Source: a virus
Lineage: Duplodnaviria; Caudoviricetes
Direction: 5' to 3' (one strand)
DNA: 64,000 bases
IMG/VR virus record: IMGVR_UViG_3300028048_000075
Span: 1-64,000 of that record
This document shows positions 20,570 through 29,552 of this stretch, one piece after another; position 1 is the stretch's first letter, and each line of letters begins with the position of its first letter. Below the pieces are notes generated by a model. The model had not been told where the DNA came from. It was given only the letters and a program-made list of their open reading frames with translations, and did not search any database. Position numbers and translations under genes: made by a program.

Positions 20570-20692
20570 CGGCACTAAGAGGAGTTGAACCTACATCCTA
20601 CAAATGTTGTTACATAGACTAATGACGATCTCAAGATCTTCATGGAATCTATAAACACTCATTTGTCGTGCTCCATGCTACACTATAGTGCC
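20570..20692 (-). ncRNA. tRNA-like RNA with greatly extended anticodon arm (123 nt)
   Basis: Acceptor GGCACTA/TAGTGCC+G, D-arm GTGT-AGCATGGA-GCAC, T-loop TTCAACT. The anticodon arm is replaced by a ~70-nt irregular hairpin. Confidence 0.7.
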
Positions 20693-20700
20693 AAATAAAA

Positions 20701-20770
20701 CCGAGCTTATGAACAATCCCGGAACTGGGTGGGAGGGGAATAGGTTTCTCGAGATCGTTCACTTGCTCGG
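20701..20770 (-). ncRNA. Long hairpin RNA with C-rich loop
   Basis: CCGAGC/GCTCGG plus a 13-bp stem GTGAACGATCTCG/CGGGATTGTTCAT whose G.U pairs work only on the minus strand; loop CCTATTCCCCTCCCACCCAG. Confidence 0.55.
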
Positions 20771-20776
20771 ATAATT

Positions 20777-21199
20777 TCAATCATAAATACCATCGGAATC
20801 TAATGAAAATTCGCATTCTCCAAAAGCCGAATATTCTTCGAATCCTTTATATTCATTTGTACCAGCATCTTCATAAGTGAAGACGTCAGTTCCAAACGCA
20901 ATTTCAAGAGTATCTTCTCTTAATTGGTAATAATCTGCTGGAAGTTCTTCAACACCAGTCATATTACCATAATCGATATTCATAATGCTGCTGCGATTGA
21001 GACTGTTTGCATCGATTACAATCAATTCAGCATTTTCAATCTCATCTCTATACTGAGCATACCTGTCGTACAAAGGATCTTTACCTGCGACACCAAGGTC
21101 TGGATTTAATCCTTTAATTCGACTAATCAAATCGTCGGAAATTACATCTTGTATATCGATGTTTGTTCCTCCGAAATCCATTGGTTCTTCTTGTACCAT
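20777..21199 (-). CDS. Hypothetical acidic protein (140 aa)
   Basis: AGGAG RBS. Confidence 0.7.
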   Translation of the reverse strand: MVQEEPMDFGGTNIDIQDVISDDLISRIKGLNPDLGVAGKDPLYDRYAQYRDEIENAELIVIDANSLNRSSIMNIDYGNMTGVEELPADYYQLREDTLEIAFGTDVFTYEDAGTNEYKGFEEYSAFGECEFSLDSDGIYD

Positions 21200-21240
21200 A
21201 TTCAGTTCTCCTATCGTAATGTCAGAGTAATATTATATAT

Positions 21241-21714
21241 TTAAAAAACTTTTAGTACGTGCAAAGAATTTGATACATGTTTAACATTATCGAACAAATT
21301 TTTATGCATATCATATAATTCGTTTTCAAGGTAATGCCCAATGTGTTCAAATGTAATATATAGCCAATCAGTAATATCTTTTGCATATTCCATATCGGTT
21401 ATAGCTGTTTTTCCATACGATGTTTTTACGATTACACTCTCTGAACCAAACTCAGTGTCCAAATATTCCTTATACATGTCTTTATCAAAATGTATAATCG
21501 GAAACGAAAAATCAGTCGTTTTATTTAATTCGGATATAATACGATCATATATCCATTTATAAGTTTTTCGTACAATTGGAGTAATATCTAATGCGATCTT
21601 ATCAGTATCCGAATAAACTGGTATAAACAACGGATACTGTAAATTCTCATGATCTAAGAATTTCTTAAATCCGGTCGCCTCGTCACTTACTGCCAATAAT
21701 CCTGTAACATCCAT
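21241..21714 (-). CDS. Hypothetical protein (157 aa)
   Basis: GGAGG RBS; in an operon after SbcD. Confidence 0.7.
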   Translation of the reverse strand: MDVTGLLAVSDEATGFKKFLDHENLQYPLFIPVYSDTDKIALDITPIVRKTYKWIYDRIISELNKTTDFSFPIIHFDKDMYKEYLDTEFGSESVIVKTSYGKTAITDMEYAKDITDWLYITFEHIGHYLENELYDMHKNLFDNVKHVSNSLHVLKVF

Positions 21715-21723
21715 AAAAACCTC

Positions 21724-22818
21724 CTAATCAGATGCATTTAGCACATTATTGATGTCTTCTTTACTAATATCGACATGATAATCATCCTTAGCAATTTTCT
21801 GAGTAATCTCCATAAATGATAGATTCTTATATTTGCTAAGTTTATCATGTAATACAGCTTGTTTTTCTTTTATATCGTCAGCAATCTTTTCAATTTTCTT
21901 TTCTGAAGTATCTGCAATACGTTTAATAGAACAGTTCTTATGGGTTTGTACAAAACCTTTTATAGTATTGTATTTAGAATCATCAGATTGATCTATAATG
22001 ATTCTTAAGAAATCGTTATTTTCTTGATATCCTCTTAAATTATTTAAGAGCAATTCTACATCATCTGGCATTTTCGATTCGTATACATCTGTGAACTTCG
22101 GAGCAGATTTATTTTCTATAAATTCATAGCTACATTTATTATTTTCTAGTTTTAGGTGTATGAAACCCTTTGCTTCCATTTCACCAAAATTCAATCTAGA
22201 AAACGAACCGGTATAAATAAATTTATTATACTCACTATGAGTATGTATATGACCAAAAACAGTATAATATTTACATATTTTAGCCATTTCTTTTGCATTC
22301 CATACATAAGGTTTTACCATTATTTCATCAGAAGTTTTTCCTGAAAATCCTACATGAGAACTCATACCATGACCAAATACAAAATCGTATTTGTCAGAAA
22401 TATAATCCTCATAATAACTTTCGTTTCTTACGTATTCTTCTGGCAAAATCAAAAGTTTTAAACCTAAAACATTCAGTTTAGTTACAGTATTGACAATAAA
22501 GAATTTATCAGACACATAATGACTCAACGCATTTATCTGATGTCTGTCATGTGCTTCAGTTCCTTCTATAATAATTATTGTAGCACCTGTACTACGACAA
22601 TCATCGATGAACTTATTCATGTAAATGTTGGCATTAGAATTAGTAAAAACCCTCGTGTCATATGAATCACCACATATGACTATCAATTCAGGTTTAACTT
22701 TATTAGCATATCCTATAAAGTATTTCTTCAAAGCATTATACATTTCTTCTTCATTATTTATTTTTCCGAAATGTATATCAGCTATACACAATATATTCAT
22801 AGACCTACTCTCAATCAC
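21724..22818 (-). CDS. sbcD: SbcD/Mre11-like metallophosphoesterase nuclease
   Basis: ADIHFG, CGDSYD, EGTEAHD, FGHG, GHIH, YTGSFSRLNFGE motifs. Confidence 0.88.
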   Translation of the reverse strand: MIESRSMNILCIADIHFGKINNEEEMYNALKKYFIGYANKVKPELIVICGDSYDTRVFTNSNANIYMNKFIDDCRSTGATIIIIEGTEAHDRHQINALSHYVSDKFFIVNTVTKLNVLGLKLLILPEEYVRNESYYEDYISDKYDFVFGHGMSSHVGFSGKTSDEIMVKPYVWNAKEMAKICKYYTVFGHIHTHSEYNKFIYTGSFSRLNFGEMEAKGFIHLKLENNKCSYEFIENKSAPKFTDVYESKMPDDVELLLNNLRGYQENNDFLRIIIDQSDDSKYNTIKGFVQTHKNCSIKRIADTSEKKIEKIADDIKEKQAVLHDKLSKYKNLSFMEITQKIAKDDYHVDISKEDINNVLNASD

Positions 22819-23347
22819 AGAATATGTAATTCTCTTCTTTTTTAAGATATTTTTTCACATCTATAACACGTTGATTTCTTGAACCTCTGAACTTAAGACT
22901 AACGTCTCTTTCTGACAAAATAAACTTTCCGTCAACTATAACATCAATCATTTCAAGAATATTCTTAGGAATAATATTCTTTTCAACAATATCTTCTATA
23001 GTATAAGACGTCCATAACCAGATAGTCTTATTAGGAACATCACGTTTAACAAATTCGATCATATTCATTACATCAGATCTATTGCGAGGATCGAGAGGTT
23101 CACCACCAAGAATAGAAAAACCACTTATAGTATCTTGTTTAAGATCTCGAATAATATGCCCCATAGTTTCTTTAGTAAACTTTTCACCAAAATTAAAATC
23201 CCAAGCTTCTTTATTGTGACATCCTTCACACATTACACGACATCCAGAAACATAAATTGCAATTCTTATTCCTGGACCATCAGCAACATCAAAAATCTTT
23301 ATATTACCATAATTTATTTTCCAATCAATATCGTAATTCTCATGCAT
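22811..23347 (-). CDS. nrdG: Anaerobic RNR activating radical-SAM enzyme
   Basis: DGPGIR, CxxxCxxC (CRVMCEGC), GGEPL, DVIVDGKF, FRGSRNQR. Confidence 0.95.
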   Translation of the reverse strand: MHENYDIDWKINYGNIKIFDVADGPGIRIAIYVSGCRVMCEGCHNKEAWDFNFGEKFTKETMGHIIRDLKQDTISGFSILGGEPLDPRNRSDVMNMIEFVKRDVPNKTIWLWTSYTIEDIVEKNIIPKNILEMIDVIVDGKFILSERDVSLKFRGSRNQRVIDVKKYLKKEENYIFCD

Positions 23348-23445
23348 AAATTATCCTCCAAAAATATACGAATATATTATTTTATACTTTAAGAAGTAGA
23401 AATAAATATTAAAGTGGAGGATTATTCCTCCACTTAAAATACCAA

Positions 23446-23682
23446 TCAATTCGCAAAATGTACACTGGAACAACTCAATTGTGCTTGTACAACACCTGTA
23501 CCATGTCTGGTACCATAAAACGCGTTACCGCGGAGAGTTTTTAGTTTTCTTGCATCTTTAGCAGCCATTTCCTTAAGCTTTTTCTCAGCAAGTTGCTTTT
23601 CCTTAACACGTGCAATAGCATAAGCTTCACGTTCTTCCATAGTCATTTTTGAATAGTCAACAATAATTACATCATTACTCAT
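23446..23682 (-). CDS. Hypothetical protein (78 aa)
   Basis: AAAGGA RBS; terminator at about 23413-23435. Confidence 0.65.
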   Translation of the reverse strand: MSNDVIIVDYSKMTMEEREAYAIARVKEKQLAEKKLKEMAAKDARKLKTLRGNAFYGTRHGTGVVQAQLSCSSVHFAN

Positions 23683-23762
23683 AATAAATTCCTTTTTAGT
23701 TAATTTATATTATAATGTGTCACGGGAAACAATTTTATATACAAGATTTAGGAGAAACAACA

Positions 23763-24449
23763 ATGAAACTTGATATAAACAAATATTATGCTTTGTATAC
23801 AACATCAAATCATATTGAAAATCGATTAGTAAAGATTCTTGGTTACATTGGATATGATAGAGCATCTGAATATAGATCTATGGTAGAAAATGTAGCTATT
23901 AATGAAAAATTTATTTCTACATCTGGAGATACAATAGCGTATCTTAAAAATCAGACATATTACGATTGTGCAGTTGTTGAAAATTCAAATGGTCAATATG
24001 TAATGACTGGTGAACGTATTATTGTCTGGGATGATATTATTGATCTTGAAAGAACCCAGAAACTTAACGATTCTTTTGTTTATAAACTTGAATTCAATTT
24101 TAAGAACCTTGCACCATCTGATTCATTTACAAAAGATGATATCATCGAAACTATCAAGAATGCTATTACCACCAAATATAATTCTGCTACTTCAGAAAAA
24201 GTGTTTGTAGAACTAACTGAAGTTCTTGACAATTCTCTAAATTCAGATGCTAGCAAGATACAACAAATGGAAGAAATCATTGATAAATCTCACGATTCAT
24301 TGAATGCTTTAGTATCATTACAAGATTCTGCATATGCACTAGCAGCATCTTTCATGGATAACAATATCAATGGTAGAGTTACAGATCTTTCCAATCGTTT
24401 ACAAAGTGTTGAAAATTCCATTAACACTATCTTGAGTTCATTAAAATAA
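23763..24449 (+). CDS. Hypothetical late protein with C-terminal coiled coil
   Basis: Start moved to MKLDINK (AGGAG RBS); AACA-N6-TA at 23728-23739. Confidence 0.75.
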   Translation: MKLDINKYYALYTTSNHIENRLVKILGYIGYDRASEYRSMVENVAINEKFISTSGDTIAYLKNQTYYDCAVVENSNGQYVMTGERIIVWDDIIDLERTQKLNDSFVYKLEFNFKNLAPSDSFTKDDIIETIKNAITTKYNSATSEKVFVELTEVLDNSLNSDASKIQQMEEIIDKSHDSLNALVSLQDSAYALAASFMDNNINGRVTDLSNRLQSVENSINTILSSLK

Positions 24450-24484
24450 AAAAAAAGAAAGGGGTCGTGATGACCCCCTTTCTT

Positions 24485-24733
24485 TTAATACTCGTCAATA
24501 ACTGCAAGCATCTGCTTGCAGTAGTTGTCGATCTGATCTTGATCTGTACATCCCATCATTTGAGATGCTATTTCGTGTATGCGCTTCTCACAAGAAGCGC
24601 CTTTACGATTAATACGATCGATCTCAGCTTTTGTCTGAACCCCGATCTTCTTCAATTCTCTCTTTGTCTCAATACGAGACAAATTAATTTTTGCTATCAT
24701 TGATCCAAGATGAAGTTTATCTTCTAATGTCAT
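24485..24733 (-). CDS. Hypothetical protein (82 aa)
   Basis: GAGGTG RBS. Confidence 0.65.
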   Translation of the reverse strand: MTLEDKLHLGSMIAKINLSRIETKRELKKIGVQTKAEIDRINRKGASCEKRIHEIASQMMGCTDQDQIDNYCKQMLAVIDEY

Positions 24734-24766
24734 ATTAACACCTCGCGACTCCTTTCTTTTCTAAAC

Positions 24767-25750
24767 TTAAGCTACATCAGAATCTTTCAGACATACAACA
24801 TTTGGTACCTCTTCTGTTTCTGGAATTCCGACATCAATGTCTGTTGGTATAGGATTATTCTTAGCTCTTATCTTAGCTACAAATCCTATAGCTGTTCCAA
24901 GTAATGCCATCCAATGTGTTTGAAGATATGACACTATTACCGATCCAGCATCACGAAGACGTTTGATCTTTTCTTCATGTGCTTCGATTGATTCTGTTAC
25001 CAAACATTCAGAAACAATTCTTGATGTCAGATAATCGGAAGTGAATGCACCAGCTTTCTCGATTCTTCTGAATCTATTAGCTGTCATCACATTTGGAAAC
25101 AACAAATAATGATTTGTTCTTGTCATATAGAACATATCTGTTGGTTCTATTGTATCCTGAACAGCAAAATGATTCAAATATACGATTCCACCTTCATTAT
25201 GTATTTCGATGAAGACCCTTTCAGCACTACCTTTGTATTTTCCAAGATTGTGCATTCTCAAATATTTACAGAGATATTGATCAACATCATCATTTGGTTT
25301 CTTGATTGTTTTGATATTTCTATTTTCATCAAGATACACAACATCTGTCAACCACGAATCTGCTGGAATCATACTATCCAGATACGGTAATGTATAAATT
25401 CCATTTTCAATCTTTACGCTTTCTGACAACTGAATAATAATTTCATTTCGTTTACCAGCTTCCATGAAGTTCTCAAGAAGTGTTTGAGGACCTGTTGGAC
25501 TAATATTGTTTATATCAGCAACTCCTGCTAACGAAAGTCTGAACTTTTCTGCAAGATTAACGGACTCAAAGAAGATATCTCCTTCTTCAAAGGAAATTGT
25601 TATCCTTTTTTCGATAGGAACATCTTTCCATTTTCCATCACCATAAAAATATCTGATAACGTGTTTATCAGAATATTCGTTTTCGATCCTTTCAACATTT
25701 CCTGTATGTGGATCATACTTATACAATGGTTTATCACTAAGAATTTTCAT
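24767..25750 (-). CDS. Hypothetical early protein with C-terminal hydrophobic segment
   Basis: AAGGAGG RBS; early promoter at 25781-25803. Confidence 0.75.
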   Translation of the reverse strand: MKILSDKPLYKYDPHTGNVERIENEYSDKHVIRYFYGDGKWKDVPIEKRITISFEEGDIFFESVNLAEKFRLSLAGVADINNISPTGPQTLLENFMEAGKRNEIIIQLSESVKIENGIYTLPYLDSMIPADSWLTDVVYLDENRNIKTIKKPNDDVDQYLCKYLRMHNLGKYKGSAERVFIEIHNEGGIVYLNHFAVQDTIEPTDMFYMTRTNHYLLFPNVMTANRFRRIEKAGAFTSDYLTSRIVSECLVTESIEAHEEKIKRLRDAGSVIVSYLQTHWMALLGTAIGFVAKIRAKNNPIPTDIDVGIPETEEVPNVVCLKDSDVA

Positions 25751-25837
25751 AAAACCTCCTTAAAATTTATTTAAATTCTTTCATTAATATAATATATAAA
25801 TAAAAAAGAACCTAGGGGAATACCCTAGGTCTTATTA

Positions 25838-26131
25838 TTAACTAACATATTTCATCATGAAATCAGTAGGTTTATCATAAGATTCTTTTATTGGAAAACC
25901 AAAATAAGAAGGATGATCGAGATCTTCTTCGAATTCTTCTGTATTAGAGTTATCTTTTGCTTTTGTAAATAGAGTACCTAGAGTATATACACTTATATCA
26001 TTTTTCTTAGTTTCGATAATAGCATATCGCAAAGTATAATACCCATCATCAGAAGTTTCATATCCTATAAGTTTACCCTTCGCAACTATAAGAAACTCCG
26101 ATGAATTAACGAAATCTTTTACACCAACCAT
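25838..26131 (-). CDS. Hypothetical protein (97 aa)
   Basis: AAGGAG RBS; GACA-N6-TA at 26156-26167. Confidence 0.7.
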   Translation of the reverse strand: MVGVKDFVNSSEFLIVAKGKLIGYETSDDGYYTLRYAIIETKKNDISVYTLGTLFTKAKDNSNTEEFEEDLDHPSYFGFPIKESYDKPTDFMMKYVS

Positions 26132-26241
26132 ATTTTAAATCTCCTTACTTTACTATATAGTTTTGTCGAAAAAATAAAGAACTGGGAGCACGAAGCCCCC
26201 AGTTCTTAAACGCGGTTAGTTAGGTAGGCAAGCTAGAAGGA

Positions 26242-26427
26242 TTACTTCTTTGCTTTAGCCTTCTTACCCTTGAAAAATCCAAGGACAAAAGAACCTACGA
26301 GACCAGCTGCAGCAGAACCGTAGGCGACTGCCTTACCTGCTGCTGTGCTCGGAACGTATGCATCCTTCAAGGTGGATGTTACCTTCTTAAATTTACCTGT
26401 CTTTGGTGTTGCTGCCGTATCACTCAT
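26242..26427 (-). CDS. Small early membrane-anchored protein (61 aa)
   Basis: Start MSDTAATPK with AGGAGGTG RBS; Ala/Gly-rich TM segment followed by a Lys tail. Confidence 0.7.
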   Translation of the reverse strand: MSDTAATPKTGKFKKVTSTLKDAYVPSTAAGKAVAYGSAAAGLVGSFVLGFFKGKKAKAKK

Positions 26428-26568
26428 GGTGACACCTCCTGTGTGTATTTTAACTAGTATGCGCGCATACCTTTCGGTAGTCTTACTAGTCATAATTATA
26501 ATATGTAAATGAAAAAATTGCGGTATTTTCTATTTACAGAGTTACATATTTTTGTTATATGTTTATAA

Positions 26569-27990
26569 TTATTTAGAAGTATCTTCCGGAATTATAAACA
26601 CAAAATCTTTATCAAAATGCTTTTCAGCATAAGCATCATTATTAAACATTTCGATTAAACCATCAAAATCACTATAAACCTTTTCAACAATCTTAACGTA
26701 ATTGAATTTATTGGCTTTTATTACAGCAGCTTCTTTAAGTTTTGCTTTAGCTTTTGAATCTCTTGGGAATTTTGATCCATCTTTTATTTCAATTACTAAA
26801 TTATATTTAGGAATATAGAAATCTGGCATATAGAAACGATTTTTCTGAGTATAAGGATCATAATAATTCAAATATAGTTTACTAGGACAATTTATAACGT
26901 CCATAGACCCATATCCTAGCTTATCCACACAATGCATAATAAAGTCATGCTCATATTCACCAACATAACTAATTTTTACACCATCTTCGAAAGTATATAT
27001 GCCCGAAATACTTCTATTTTTAAGCATTTCTTCTTGTCTAGCTGGGTCTGTAAGAAGATTATCTGTACCATAAACACGTTTCATATTTTTAGAATATTTT
27101 TCACGTGCTTTTTTAATACATTCTGGTGATCTACAGATTCTTCTATATTTATGAGTTTTATCATTCCATTCTCTAGGGTTTTTATTACAGATTGGACAGA
27201 TATAAGGACCAGGATTACGTTTTTCATAAAGATATCTGTAAACATCTTGATCACCGATCAAATCTTTATGAAATTTTTCAGCATGATGATACAATTGCAT
27301 AAATTCGTGGAATCTCTGACCACAATCTAAACATTTAAAACGTCTTCTACCACCAACACGTTTCTTATTGTTGTATGTGTATTTACCAGTACGTTTTATT
27401 TGTTCGACATTTCCTGTAGAGTATAAAGATTCATTACTAGTCTCACTATCATAAGACCCTATCTCATGAAATCCATACGAAATGTACATATTTTTGGCTA
27501 CAGTATTCTTATCAAACACTCTTACACGTAATGTATTGAGATGCATATCATTTGCCAAAATATCTGCAAACTCAAGCATTTGCTTACCATATCCATTTCC
27601 TCTAGATATTTCAGATACTGATAATTCGTGTATGATCATAACGTCATTATCTTTACTTAAAATAATAAATCCGAGAATATCGTTCGAGTCTGTTAAATAT
27701 AACCATATATTCCCAGATTTTACAAGATCCATACACACGTTTACCCATTCATTATCAGATTTAGCAGTTTCAAATTTCTCAAAACGTAATTCTGAATTTA
27801 TGAACTCTTTATAGATATCTACAAACCTTGAAAAATTGAATGTTTTCGTAGTCTTTTTAAAATCCCAGTCATAGACAACAAATTTGTTTTGTTCAAAACG
27901 AACTTTATACATATTATTAACTATATCTTTATCTGATGTCGCAACATTAACTTTCTTTTCTAAAATCAACATCTTAGCCATAATATTCAC
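26569..27990 (-). CDS. GNAT acetyltransferase fused to Zn fingers and a TnsA-like PD-(D/E)xK nuclease
   Basis: SRGNGYGKQML..KNTVAKNMYISYGF (GNAT); CLDC..HHAEKFH (C2H2); CPIC..CRSPEC; FYMPDFYIPKYNLVIEIK (nuclease). Confidence 0.8.
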   Translation of the reverse strand: MNIMAKMLILEKKVNVATSDKDIVNNMYKVRFEQNKFVVYDWDFKKTTKTFNFSRFVDIYKEFINSELRFEKFETAKSDNEWVNVCMDLVKSGNIWLYLTDSNDILGFIILSKDNDVMIIHELSVSEISRGNGYGKQMLEFADILANDMHLNTLRVRVFDKNTVAKNMYISYGFHEIGSYDSETSNESLYSTGNVEQIKRTGKYTYNNKKRVGGRRRFKCLDCGQRFHEFMQLYHHAEKFHKDLIGDQDVYRYLYEKRNPGPYICPICNKNPREWNDKTHKYRRICRSPECIKKAREKYSKNMKRVYGTDNLLTDPARQEEMLKNRSISGIYTFEDGVKISYVGEYEHDFIMHCVDKLGYGSMDVINCPSKLYLNYYDPYTQKNRFYMPDFYIPKYNLVIEIKDGSKFPRDSKAKAKLKEAAVIKANKFNYVKIVEKVYSDFDGLIEMFNNDAYAEKHFDKDFVFIIPEDTSK

Positions 27991-28061
27991 CTTGTTTAAG
28001 TATATAAGATTGTTTTTCTGAGCTAAATTATATAGAACGGGAATTACCCCGTTCTATTATA

Positions 28062-28799
28062 TTAAAAATCCTCGTAATCACTAGTATCTACGGTTTGCTG
28101 AACATTATTTGAATGTACATCGGCACCAGCATTATCATTAGCTGCCCAGTAATCAATACCATCGTCTCCGTCCATATCATATTCGAGGTAATTGATTCCG
28201 GTTACTTCTGACATTCGCTGCATATACATTTTACGATAATGTTTTTGGATTTTTTCATTATCTACAACAATTTGTTCACCGTTATTATCGACGACATATG
28301 TTTTAGCACACATATTTACGCCGCCACCAAACACCTTGTGTAAATCAGAGCTTTTAACAACTGCTGGGTTTGCATCAAGATAAGCTTTACTTTGTTCAAG
28401 TAACTCATCTGTCATACCCATCAACATTCCACGTTCTCTAGCAACATTATTGAAATGAGCCATAGATTGATGTTCCAAACGTAGAATGTTAGGATCCATA
28501 CCAGAACGGTATATTTCCATTTCTTTATTCTGCATCTCTTGATGGATTTTTTGTGTAGTAAATTCTTTAGTTGGATCAATTCCTCTACGTTTAAGAATAG
28601 ATAATTCTCTAAGACGCACTTCCCAAGCAACAATATCCATCTGCTCAGTAGTAAGTTCATCCATTGCTCCAGTATTCAATTTCAATAAGTCTTCACCACT
28701 CATTGAATGAACTTTTTGAGCAAATGCTCTATAAGACGATTTCTCTTCATCAGTTAACAATTTTGTCGAAGCATATCTATCACCATAATTATCATTCAT
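28062..28799 (-). CDS. Hypothetical protein (245 aa)
   Basis: GAGG RBS; in an operon. Confidence 0.75.
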   Translation of the reverse strand: MNDNYGDRYASTKLLTDEEKSSYRAFAQKVHSMSGEDLLKLNTGAMDELTTEQMDIVAWEVRLRELSILKRRGIDPTKEFTTQKIHQEMQNKEMEIYRSGMDPNILRLEHQSMAHFNNVARERGMLMGMTDELLEQSKAYLDANPAVVKSSDLHKVFGGGVNMCAKTYVVDNNGEQIVVDNEKIQKHYRKMYMQRMSEVTGINYLEYDMDGDDGIDYWAANDNAGADVHSNNVQQTVDTSDYEDF

Positions 28800-28810
28800 G
28801 TTAATACCTC

Positions 28811-29221
28811 TTAGTCAAATTGTGGTTCTATAATACGTATAGAGCCATTTATGCCAGAATATTCCATTTGTACGGCATATTTAAGTTTTTCAAGACTTAT
28901 TTTCATTTTGATAAGTCTATTATCAACGTCTAATTCATAATCTATAGAACAGTTTTGGCCCATTTGTTCTCTCATGTCTTCTTCAAAATCTTCAATAGCC
29001 ATCGCTGTATCAGAAGTATCATTGAAAACTAATTTGCCAAGATGTTGTTTTAATCCTAATGTTGGAAAATAAGCTAATTCTCCTTTAGGAATAGACAATC
29101 TAGTAAACAAATTATTCAAAACTATAGTTTCTTGAATGTCACGATTAGTATCTTTATTGCGAAATAATTTTCCATCGACACCATTTCGAAATGTCGGATT
29201 AATTATTACTTTATCTGCCAT
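28811..29221 (-). CDS. Probable baseplate wedge (gp25-like) protein
   Basis: Start moved to MADKVII; LFTRLSIPKGELAYFPTLGL resembles the gp25 signature. Confidence 0.55.
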   Translation of the reverse strand: MADKVIINPTFRNGVDGKLFRNKDTNRDIQETIVLNNLFTRLSIPKGELAYFPTLGLKQHLGKLVFNDTSDTAMAIEDFEEDMREQMGQNCSIDYELDVDNRLIKMKISLEKLKYAVQMEYSGINGSIRIIEPQFD

Positions 29222-29552
29222 GATTTTACCCAATTCAGAAATATATTTTTTTGTGCTCATTTTAAAATATAGAGTTTTATATAAAATATAGTATCTGTAT
29301 AAATGCAGTAATATAAGAAGACATTTCGTTAAAATTTTTTTTACTTCCGTATTATTACTCAAAAATGAAGACCGTCAGGTCTCCATTTAATCTCACTTCC
29401 GCAGATTAATCGAGAAGGTTACATAGTTACGTAATAATTAACTACAGGGGGTATTTTTAAAGGTAATTTTTACTATTTTTCTTTATTTTTTATATTCTTA
29501 ATTTCTTTAAATTTTTGACATTATAGTATATTTATGACTATGGAGTTATCTT

